DNA of 62,376 bases, the filler included, from Nemertoderma westbladi (Eukaryota; Animalia; Xenacoelomorpha), in assembly GCA_032718475.1 (NCBI GenBank). It is 4 parts of 4 records of this genome, joined end to end, with 100 filler letters (N's around TTAATTAATTAA, not from the genome) between each part and the next. Parts side by side here need not be neighbours in the genome. Positions count along the whole stretch, not along the records: positions 1 to 22,592 come from JAUCBJ010000818.1; 3 more parts are not named here. The stretch is one strand, 5' to 3'. A program made the translations under genes and the position numbers. The notes beneath the pieces are model-generated. The model made no database searches, had not been told where the DNA came from, and was given only the letters and a program-made list of their open reading frames with translations. Shown here in pieces: positions 1-11,000 of the stretch (positions within the stretch are counted from its first letter, which is position 1; every line of letters starts with the position of its first letter).

Positions 1-1965
1 CTCATCGCCTTTCGTATTACTATTGATAGTTGGGTCACAGAGGCGTCATCCACATTTGCAATACCATATGCGATAGACGGGAGGCAGATTGTGTTCCAGA
101 TTTTTTTGGTGATTTGTAGAGGTACGTCGTGGGCTGTTAGGCCCCGTGATCGCATCCTTGATACGTTCCACCAGCAGCGCTTGGTTATGTGGTCTCTGAT
201 CGTTTGCGGTGTACCTGGAAGTGGTAAACCTAGGTATTTACAGCTGGCCTCCTCGCGTAGGAAAACTGATCCTACTTGTATGGTTGTTTTTGGTTGCGTA
301 CCTTCAATTGGTGTTGTTTTTGGTTGCGTACCGGTACATCTTACGTAATGCGATTTTTTTGTGTTTATGGTGAGGCCATTTCTGGCAAAGAACGTGGTGC
401 ATATATCGATTTGTTGTTGGAGATCATCCTTAAGGTTTGCTAGCAACAATAGGTCGTCGGCGTAACCAAGGGCCGGGTATGATTCTGTGCCGAGATGTAG
501 TCCTAGCCCAGATTCTCCTAGGGTCTCGAAGAGGTCTTGTAAGTAGAAATTGAAGAGCCAGGCAGATAGTATGCCTCCTTGCCGTATTCCTTTGCCGAGT
601 TTGATAGGTTCAGTGTACACCCTTCTGCCTGTTCTCATGTGGGCGGTTAAGTTGTGGTAATATGCTTCCAGTAGATTAATTAGTCGTTTGTTAATGTCTG
701 TTTTTTGTAGCTTTTCGAAAAGTGTTCTGTGATCGATGCTGTCAAAGGCAGCAGTCAGATCGATCGCTAGCATGTGAATGGTAGATCCGCCATTGGTGAA
801 GCGTTTAATGAGCCTGTTTGACATGGAATATGTCATTTCGCTACTGATACCTTTTTTGTACGCCATCTGGAGGTCACTTGGTTTTTCTTTTGTGAATTGC
901 GGCATGACTATTGTTTCCCATAGTTTCACCAGAATGGAGAGAATAGATATCGCTCTGTAGCTATCGGCGTGATGTTTACTGCGGTTATTTCCCTTCAGGT
1001 GTGGGATTAGTAAACTTGTACATAGGTTGTCAGGGAAAGTATTGGTTAACTGCATCATGTTGTATAGGTCTGCAAGGAATTGGGTGAGTAGTGGTACTGT
1101 TCTGCCGTGTAGGAGGTGTTCGACAGATAGGTTGTTGATGTCGGCCGATTTACGTTTGTTGAGAGATTTTATTGCTTCGTCGACCTGGTGGGGGGTGATC
1201 TTTTGGATGGGCTCACTAGCGTTTTGTGTGCGTTGTTGTGTGTTTGTATCTATTTCCTCTCTGTTGTTTCGCTCTGATTCGAAGAAGGCTTTATAGTGGC
1301 GATATATGTTGTCGGAGTTTGTGTTGGCTATGTCAGACGACTGTTGTTCCTCATCTTTTAAGGTGTTCCAGAATTTTTCGGGTGACAATTTGCAGTTTTC
1401 AGCTAAGCTTAGGATGTGTTGCTTGTATGCCTCATGGGCCAGTCTTTTGCAGCTTCGTCTCTGCTGAAGGCTTTGTAGCGATTTTCTATTTGCGTTGGCG
1501 TCTGCTGTGTTTTCCTGTGGTGGTTTTGAAGTGTCCTTCCATTTTCTTTTCCATTTGTTTAGTTTTTTTGGCACTATTGAAGGAATGTGGGATTTTGCGG
1601 CCTGTAGTATTATGTTTGTGATGAGATCCGCCATCTGGTTTGTTGTTGTGGAATTGTCTATATTGTTTGCGTTGTTGATATTTTGAAGGGCCCGTTCAAT
1701 TTGCTTCTTGTATTGTTTCTTTTCCTCATCTGTTGCCTTGTTAAATAGGAAAACACGGCATTTGCTGAGTTTAGAAGGTAGTGGTAGATATTGGTTGTCG
1801 GTGTATGCTGGTAGTTTGTACGTGGACATAATTGGTGTATGATCTGATATGTTGTCGAAGGTTGGTTTGTACAGTAGGTATGGGTTGTAGAAAGCCCGTT
1901 TCCTATGCCCGTGGTGTTAGTGATGTAGTCAATCAGTGACTCTCGCAGGATGGTCTTGTTCTTTG
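1..1965 (-). mobile_element. Decayed non-LTR retrotransposon (LINE) ORF2: end of APE endonuclease plus reverse transcriptase, running off the window start
   Basis: Manual minus-strand translation gives SLIDYI (~1925-1942), ISDHTPI (~1830-1850), LAIDLTAAFD (~741-770), GKGIRQGGILSAWLFNFY (~542-596), YPALGYADDLLLL (~441-481) and KYLG (~231-242). No long intact ORF. Confidence 0.9.
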
Positions 1966-2132
1966 ATCTAAAGAAAAAGTTTGCATGTCCACCTGTGGTT
2001 ATTGGTACATTGACAGAGACTGAACAAACAATATACAGCAGTAAGTTGAAAATGACTAATGCTGCGTATTAATATTACCTTAAGGCCCATTAATGTGCAA
2101 TGATAATAGGTGGAGGTTATTTTAGTACAGTA

Positions 2133-2257
2133 AGGGTGGTTGGAGGCAATGAACTCTAATAAGGGCGCCCTTTTGGGTGGTTGGTGGCAATGAACTCTAA
2201 TAAGGGCGCCCTTTTGGGTGGTTGGTGGCAATGAACTCTAATAAGGGCGCCCTTTTG
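2133..2257. repeat. Tandem repeat, 41-bp unit x3 (GGTGGTTGGTGGCAATGAACTCTAATAAGGGCGCCCTTTTG)
   Basis: Three near-identical consecutive copies read directly. Confidence 0.9.
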
Positions 2258-2321
2258 CTTTTACAGCTTTGGATTAATACAGAGAGAGATGAGTTAATGT
2301 GTTAACTGTAGCTGATTACCC

Positions 2322-3454
2322 GGGTAAATCTTTTCGACCTACGCGTAGGCCTACGCGTAGCTAGGCGTAGTTTGTAACTTCCATTCCTGTCATTTACCGG
2401 TAGGGCCAGACTTACTGCCTTTTTAACAACTACGCGTAGGTGTTTTAAAACTACGCGTAGTTATTTTGGAACTACGCGTAGGTATTTTGAAACTACGCGT
2501 AGGTGCTACGCGTAGCTACGCGTAGGTGCTACGCGTAGCAGTCCTGATAACAATGATTTTTCGTTTCAGGTCCGGTAGGGTTGAGTTGTTAGGCAAGTAT
2601 CGGTATATGTCAGGTATCTGATTATCAGACAAATGTAATAACAGAATCGGAAACTCATATCTCTACATACAGCACTGGTAATAAATAATATTCGGCTCTT
2701 TCACATACAAACACAGAGGATGAATAAAAAGTAAACTTGAAATTCACGTCTCATGATTCAAGTATCTTTGTTTCCATTGGATTATTTAAATATTGAACAG
2801 TAGTAAATAAAGCGACTACCGGTGAAGAGGTTAAGCGAAAGCTGATAAATACTGCATATAATCAAATTGTTTGGTCAAATGACAAGTGCAACCAATCATG
2901 GTAGACAATTTAGTCTCCCCCTTCCCTTGTCAAGGGGTTAACATATTAAATACAGTATACCCTTGCCCTATCGTGAACAAAGGCAATAAAAAGCATAGAG
3001 AATCGATAAGAACCATCGGCCTATTTCCTTTGTAAACTATTTTTGAACTCTAAACATTAATTATTAACACATTTTACCGCCCGCAACGCATGAAGTGAAG
3101 AATATGTAGTTTTCGCGTATTCCTCTATATAGAGTATACAGGTATAGGATACATTACTGTTGAAAGCATTTGATGGTTGTGGGTTGTTTATTGAACATAC
3201 CGTATTGTGTCTTATTTTAGTACTGACTCGCTTGGAATACGTAAGCCTACTAATGATAAACGACGTACTGTACTGACGTATAGGCATAGTTATGGGTAGC
3301 ACCTATGCGTAGGTCGCGTAGGACCTACGCGTAGCTACGCGTAGCACCTACGCGTAGTTATTGTTAAAACTCTGAAACTGGTGATATATGACCCAATGTT
3401 GCGAACTACGCGTAGCTACGCGTAGGCCTACGCGTAGGTAGAAAAAATTTACCC
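2322..3454. mobile_element. Non-autonomous DNA transposon (MITE), copy 1, with 8-bp TSD and GG termini (Merlin-like or hAT-like)
   Basis: TIR GGGTAAATCTTTTCGACCTACGCGTAGGCCTACGCGTAG at both ends (right end slightly diverged). TSD GATTACCC at 2314-2321 and 3455-3462. Many CTACGCGTAG palindromes in both arms. Near-identical to 36326-37503. Confidence 0.93.
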
Positions 3455-5356
3455 GATTACCCAGATGTTTGTATTATTGGTGTATTAATTGATGATGGAA
3501 TTTGGTGTAGATTCATTTTTGAGTGTTTTACTACTCATCAAATATCACCTCAAACCCCTAACGGTGTATTTAACTTATTGTTGTTACCAACCAATCCCGG
3601 AAAAAATAACACAATCGCAATGATAACCTATTTAAAAATAGTGTTATTTTAGTCCTAGGAAAAAATAACACATTTATTTTTCAATACTCCGGTATCTGCA
3701 ATCTGCATGTTGAAATTATATTTGCCAAGGACTACTATACTACAGTAGTATAGTAGTCCTTGATTTATGCCTGTTTGCCGTGTTGTGAATACAGTAGTTA
3801 GCTTACGGTACCGGTTACCTTTACTAACATGAGTGAAAGTGAAAGTTATAAGAATAAGACTATCGTAGGCCTATGGTATGTTTTCAGTTCAGATTGTAGG
3901 TAGACTGACTGCATGCATCGTACAGTACCGGTAGTGGTACCACAGCTTCCTTTAAGGTCTCAATCACATCACTGCCTTGCAACTACAAAACCTACCTGAC
4001 CGGTACCGGTACGCCTACAGAACAGAGCATATTGGGCAATAATTTAATGTACCGGTACTGGCAAACTAAACGGGAAATGCAGTACTGGTAGGCCTACACT
4101 ACAAGTTCAGATTGCACACTCAACTCAGCCTACTCAGAGATCTTTTACTTTCGGTATTTGACAATTATGGACAGCAGCATCCTGATCATGGCAGGAATGC
4201 CATTCTCAACAGTTTCTACGATTCTACCGTAAAGACGAAAGTACCAGACAGACAGACTTGTACCTACCAGTTGTAAATAACGTAGGTTTACATACTGCAC
4301 ATGCACAATGCTGTAGAACTACGGTACCGGTACAACGGTAATACAATTTAAGAAATTCCACCAAAAATATTATATTTTACTTTTTTCGCCAGGAAAAAAA
4401 GTTAAATGTTTTCTCCAGATTTTGGTCTAAATTCGGGCGAAAAAGTAACAATTTAAGAATAAATAATTATTTATTACATGGGAAAAAAATTAGAACTTTT
4501 TTTCATTATTCTCGAGGCATTTTATTTCCGAGCTTCAGCGAGGTTAATAAAGGGTTGAGAGAATATTGAGAAACAAAATGTTCTACTTTTTTCTCATATA
4601 CTGTAAACTGTAATACGTAAGTTTATTCTTAAGTTAAATTGGTACATCGTATACAATATGGTAAGCCTACATTCACCTATTCTCACACGAATGGTTCTGT
4701 CTACATTGTGTCTCACCCAATTCCACACGATGTAATGCTCTCAGCTGTCCCGAGTAGACTCCCATCACTATCATCGTGTTACCTATACATACTGTGGAAT
4801 GGAAATAAACTCTAGTATTTTCCATCATTTATTTTATATTACTTTATTATTTAATCTATTATATTTATTTGTTTTTTTTACTTTATTCCAGTTTACCCGC
4901 CAGGGGGAAATTGTTAGGCATAGGGCCGCTCATGTTATTTATTTATTTTATGCCTTGGCCGCTCGTGTTATTTATTAATTTGTAATTAGTGTCTCCCCCC
5001 AAAATTTCCAAGCCCCATTTTTATATTTCTACCCCCAAACAAAACCCTTTTAGAAATCTAGGGTATCTGGATGCGTTTGGTATATTGTAAATTAATAGTG
5101 GCTTCTTGATATAAACATGATGTAGTTGGTTATTAACCTCTACCTCTACCCGAGGGTTATTAACCCTCGGAACAGGAAAATTCCTGTTCCTCGGGTTAAA
5201 ATAACCGGAAAAATAACAAAATATCAGGGTAATAAATATACAGTAGGTGTTATTAGTAACTACGTTGTACTCAACGCAGTTGAGATAACGTTATTGGTAT
5301 TATTGGTGACTAGTTGTTATCCGATATCAATATACTGTACAACGCAAACTACAAAA

Positions 5357-7021
5357 GGCTCATTCCATGAAAAGGTCCCCCCCCCCCCCCCCCCACTCAT
5401 TTCGAAAAAATAGATGGCTTAGATTTTATTGTTATTCTAGGTCAAAATTTATCTTACTTCGTGAATTCAGTATTAAAAAATGTACTAACATACTGTAGGT
5501 GGTTTCTCAAAAATAGTCAAATTACAAATTATGTACCTGCTCTGCACAAAATGTGAATAAAGTGTGCAAAAGTTTCGTTTGGTGTAGGCACTTCCTATGA
5601 ACAATAAAATAACATTTCTGAGCATGTACCAAATCTAAAACAAACCCATTTTCGATTTTTTTTTGTTTCATTTAATTTGACCAGTGTTTCATTTCTCTGG
5701 AATGAAATCGATAAAGTTAAACATGTGATGTCCCATACTTTACCTAAAATCGTGAAATTTTTAGTTCATTCACAGAGAACTAACTCACCCTAATCACCCA
5801 GTGGAATACAAAGCACGTTTGTGTTGCGTCATCTTATGAAACAAATAGTTTCATCTCTACTCCCTCAGAAATGTCATGGTGGCCAAATGAAAATTGTCCC
5901 ATACTTTACCATTATAATGGCGATTAAATGAATGCACTGTAAATGTAATAATGTGAAACCAGGAGTATTATAATACTTTAAGGTGACAGTCGGCCGTAAG
6001 CATACAGTAAGAGTATATATTTGAACAAAGAATCATTCCTCAGTCAACTAATCTTTGGGATTATGCAAAGTAAAGTCCCGTACTTTACAATAATAAATAT
6101 TACAAAATGTCGTTTTTTTAGCAGATAAGAAGGTCAGTACGTACAGTAATTGTACAGATATTTTTGCCTATTTCAGAAATGGAAATAATTTCTAAACTTT
6201 TGACAGACTACATTTTGTACCAAATTTGGTTATATTTCATCAATGATTGGCGGACTTATTCCGGTTTTTATCAAAATTCTTAAATTATCGGTACCAACAG
6301 ACAGACTGTCTGATTTGTGACCTTTGATTCCTTAAACCTCAGATTCTTTCTAAACTTTTGATAGATTGCATACGTACCAAGTTTGGTTTAATTTCATCAA
6401 TAAATAACTTGAGTTATTAGTGTTAAAAATATTAGACAGATGACAGACAACTCGTCGTCAATGGTACCCATATGCTAAGACTTCGGTCAATTTGTGGGTC
6501 GCCCCATATTTTACATCCACATCTTGGTTGGAAATACTTAGTTGCACTTTATTATCACTAATTATCTGGAAATTACTGTTAGACCATGTCGACCATAACA
6601 TTCGTACAGGTCCCGTACTTTACCTAGCAATGTCCCATACCTTACCACACAAACCACGCTGTAAAAAATAAGCAATGTAGCAATTCGTCTGATATTTACA
6701 TTTTTATTTAAGCTTAATAATACAGTTTTATCCTAAACATCAACTCAACACCTTACCTGAGCACAATTCGCTAAACTTTGGAATTCAAATTATATAATCA
6801 AAAAAACTATTTCGTACGAATCCGTACTTTATCTTAATTAGACAAGCAAGTGTTTTCTCAAAAGTGACCGAGTCCCGCCATAATCTTAGCGAAATCAAAG
6901 CTGACATTCGAAAGTTCAATCCAAGCACAATTTTGTGCACGTATGCTGTAGATAACATTGTACAGGCAATCAAAATTCAAAATTGTGTACGAATGTCCCG
7001 TACTTTACTTTGGAATGAGTC
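5357..7021. mobile_element. Putative non-autonomous DNA transposon with short TIRs and 4-bp TSD (Sola-like or unclassified)
   Basis: Left end GGCTCATTCCA, right end TGGAATGAGTC, both flanked by AAAA. Internal motif GTCCC(A/G)TACTTTAC recurs at ~5730, 5896, 6075, 6610, 6632 and 6995. Confidence 0.55.
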
Positions 7022-7346
7022 AAAACCATTCCTTGTTTCTGACACTTCTCTGGTGTCTATACCAAACCCACGACAGGTCTTCCGAGAGCAGGACCCCTGG
7101 CCGAACCCATAGTGGTAGCGAGAGAAGGGGAGGTCGATATTCAACTAGAGATACACACCGGAATCGTGGTACAATTTCGAACTCTCACCACCCGACGAAA
7201 TCTACTCCCACACGGTTTTTATCTTCCCAGTGATATAAAAATTACCTGAACTTGACTTATCAGATCATGACTAGTTGGATTGCTTATTTTCAATTTTTCT
7301 CGAAACGCCTATTTTCTAGATAAGTATCTTACCATACAACGGCAGT

Positions 7347-7411
7347 GTACTCTATGAACCTTCTTGCCATTGGCTACTTGTACTCTATGAACGCTCTTGT
7401 CATTGGCTACT
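7347..7411. repeat. Short tandem duplication (~33 bp x2)
   Basis: TGTACTCTATGAAC..TCTTG.CATTGGCTACT occurs twice in tandem. Confidence 0.8.
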
Positions 7412-7835
7412 TTTATTTACTTTATTTGAATGTTTCCAATCGACTGTTTCTAACAGTATTGTTTTAGTATTGTCTCCTTATATTGCGGTCTGCCCGTAAC
7501 TAACATAAATAGTGTTATCTATAATAGTTGGCAACTTTTACAGGTTTCATTTATTACTGCCATACCGGCCGCTAGAACCTTTCTATATGGGTCTATTTAT
7601 CATCATTATTAATATCCGATTTATTAGATATATTTTACAAACAAATTAATGATTTAAGTATTTATATTACCAGGAGTTCCTGCGTCTGAAGATATTATCT
7701 TTCTTCACTTCAGCCTCGTTTTCAAATTAAATATATATTTATATTATTATATTATATATATATATTATTAATTTTATATTTAAATATATTTGATTCGTTT
7801 TTAGTAAATGAGGTCCCTTCTAGTAACCAATCATT

Positions 7836-8040
7836 AAATTGTTTCATTCGGGGTGGAATTCAATAGAAAGTAACCAGTTATCATCCCCTACCGGTTGACC
7901 TTTAAACTCCCGTATTACTTTCCCACCTTCTCCATCTAATATATTTATTCCTTATATCATAAGTATACTAGATGGAGAGGATGGAATAATATGGCATTAC
8001 ACGCAGTCAACCCCCCCCCCCCCCCCCCCCCCCCTCGTCC
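7836..8040 (+). repeat. Left copy of the ~210-bp direct repeat bracketing the 40-bp satellite (internal hairpin, poly-C end)
   Basis: Aligns with 21997-22213 (TTAAATTGTTTC...GGAATTCAATAGAAAGTAACCAGTTATC...CTCCATCTAATATA...TACTAGATGGAG...ATGGCATTACACGCAGTCAAC-polyC-CTCGTCC). Confidence 0.9.
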
Positions 8041-8045
8041 TCAAT

Positions 8046-11000
8046 CCCCAAGCTGTCAACCCTCCACCACAAGCGTTCTATCATGGCCTTGCTGTCAACC
8101 CTCCCACCCCAAGCGTTCTATCATGGCCTTGCTGTCAATCCTCCCACACCAAGCGTTCTATCATGGCCTTGCTGTCAACCCTCCCACCCCAAGCTTTCTA
8201 TCATGGTCTTGCTGTCAATCCTCCCACCCAAAGCGTTCTATCATAGCCTTGCTGCCAACCCTCCCACCCCAAGCGCTCTATCATGGCCTTGCTGTCAACC
8301 CTCCCAACCCAAGCATTCTATCATGGCCTTGCTGTCAGCCCTCCCACCCGAAGCGTTCTATCATGGCCTTGCTGTCAGCACTCCCACCCCAAGCGTTCTA
8401 TCATGGCCTTGCTGTCAACCCTCCCACCCCAAGCGTTCGATCATGGACTTGCTGTCAATCCTCCCAACCAAGCGTTCTATCATGGTCTTGCTGTCAATCC
8501 TCCCACCCCAAGCGTTCTATCATGGCCTTGCTGTCAATCCTCCCACCCCAAGCGTTCTATCATGGCCTTGCTGTCAACCCTCCCACCCCAAGCATTCTAT
8601 CATGGCCTTGCTGTCAATCCTCAAACCCCAAGCGTTCTATCATGGTCTTGCTGTCAATCCTCCCACACAAAGCGTTCTATCGTGGCCTTGCTGACAACCC
8701 TCCCACCCCAAGCGTTCTATCATGGCCTTGCTGTCAACCCTCCCACCCGAAGCGTTCCAACATGGCCTTGCTGTCAACCCTCCCACCCCAAGCGTTCTAT
8801 CATATTCTTGCTGTCAATCCTCCCAACCCAAGCGTTCTATCATGGCCTTGCTGTCAACCCTCCCATCCCAAGCGTTCTATCATGGTCTTACTATCAATCC
8901 TCCCACCCCAAGCGTTCTATCATGACCTTGCTATCAATCCTCCCACCCCAAGCGTTCTATCATGGCCTTGCTGTCAACCCTCCCACCCCAAGCGTTCCAT
9001 CATGGCCTTGCTGTCAACCCTCCCACCCCAAGCGTTCCATCATGGCCTTGCTGTCAACCCTCCCACCCCAAGCGTTCCATCATGGCATTGCTGTCAATCC
9101 TCCCACCCCAAGCGTTCTATCATGGCCTTTCTGTCAACCCTCCCACCCCAAGCGTTCTATCATGGCGTTGATGTCAACGCTCCCACCCAAGCGTTCCATC
9201 ATGGCCTTGCTGTCAACCCTCCACCCCAAGCGTTCTATCATGGCCTTGCTGTCAACCCTCCCACCCCAAGCGTTCCATAATGGCCTTGCAGTCAACCCTC
9301 CCACCCCAAGCGTTCTATCATGGCCTTGCTGTCAACCCTCCCACCCCGAGCGTTCTATCATGGCATTGTTGCCAACCCTCCCACCCCACGCGTCCCAACA
9401 TGGCCTTGCTGTCAACCCTCCAACCCCGAGCGTTCTATCATGGCCTTGATGTCAACCCTCCCACCCCAAGCGTTCCATCATGGCCTTGCTGTCAACCCTC
9501 CCACCCCAAGCGTTCTATCATGGCCTTGCTACTGTATCAACACTCCCACCCCAAGCGTTCTATCATAGCCTTGCTGTCAATCATCCCAACCCAAGCGTTC
9601 CATCATGGCCTTGCTGTCAATCCTCCCACCCCAAGCGTTCTATCATGGCCTTCCCGTCAACACTCCCACATAAAGCGTTCTATCATGGCCTTGCTATCAA
9701 CCCTCCCACCCCAAGCGTTCTATCATGGCCTTGCTATCAACCCTCCCACCCCAAGCGATCTATCATGGCCTTGCTGTCAACACTCCCACCTTAAGCGTTC
9801 TATCATAGCATTGCTGTCAATCATCCCAACCCAAGCGTTCTATCATGGCCTTGCTGTCAATCCTCCCAACCCAAGCGTTCTATCATGGCCTTGCTATCAA
9901 TCCTCCCACCCCAAGCGTTCTATCATGGTCTTGCTGTCAATCCACCCAAACAAAGCGTTCTATCATGGCCTTGCTGTCAACCCTCCCACCCCAAGCGTTC
10001 TATCATGGCCTTGCTGTCAACCCTCCTACCCCAATCGTTCCATCATGGCCTTGCTGTCAATCCTCCCACCCCAAGCGTTCTATCATGGCCTTCCCGTCAA
10101 CACTCCCACATAAAGCGTTCTATCATGGCCTTGCTACTGTATCAACCCTCCCACCCCAAGCGTTCTATCATAGCCTTGCTGTCAATCATCCCAACCCAAG
10201 CGTTCCATCATGGCCTTGCTGTCAATCCTCCCAACCCAAGCGTTCTATCATGGCCTTGCTATCAATCCTCCCACCCCAAGCGTTCTATCATGGTCTTGCT
10301 GTCAATCCACCCACACAAAGCGTTCTATCATGGCCTTGCTGTCAATCCTCCCACCCCAAGCGTTCTATCATGACCTTGCTATCAATCCTCCCACCCCAAG
10401 CGTTCTATCATGACCTTGCTATCAATCCTCCCACCCCAAGCGTTCTATCATGGCCTTGCTGTCAACCCTCCCACCCCAAGCGTTCCATCATGGCCTTGCT
10501 GTCAATCCTCCCACCCCAAGCGTTCTATCATGGCCTTCCCGTCAACACTCCCACATAAAGCGTTCTATCATGGCCTTGCTATCAACCCTCCCACCCCAAG
10601 CGTTCTATTATAGCCTTGCTGTCAATCATCCCAACCCAAGCGTTCTATCATGGCCTTGCTGTCAATCCTCCCAACCCAAGCGTTCTATCATGGCCTTGCT
10701 GTCAATCCTCCCAACCCAAGCGTTCTATCATGGCCTTCCTGTCAACACTCCCACCCCAAGCGTTCTATCATGGCCTTGCTATCAATCCTCCCACCCCAAG
10801 CGTTCTATCTTGGTCTTGCTGTCAATCCACCCATACAAAGCGTTCTATCATGGCCTTGCTGTCAACCCTCCCACCCCAAGCGTTCTATCATGGCCTTGCT
10901 GTCAACACTCCCACCCCAAGCGTTCTATCATGGTCTTGCTGTCAATCCTCCCACATAAAGCGTTCTATCATGGCCTTGCTATCAACCCTCCCACCCCAAG

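Noticed and set aside
2133-2257. Possible relationship between the 41-bp repeat (reverse strand) and the 40-bp satellite
   Set aside because: Similar length and a shared CCACCCCAA/CCACCCAAA-like stretch only. No convincing alignment.
6864-7233. Short overlapping ORFs and a GC-richer patch
   Set aside because: No domain signature, and they straddle a transposon boundary.
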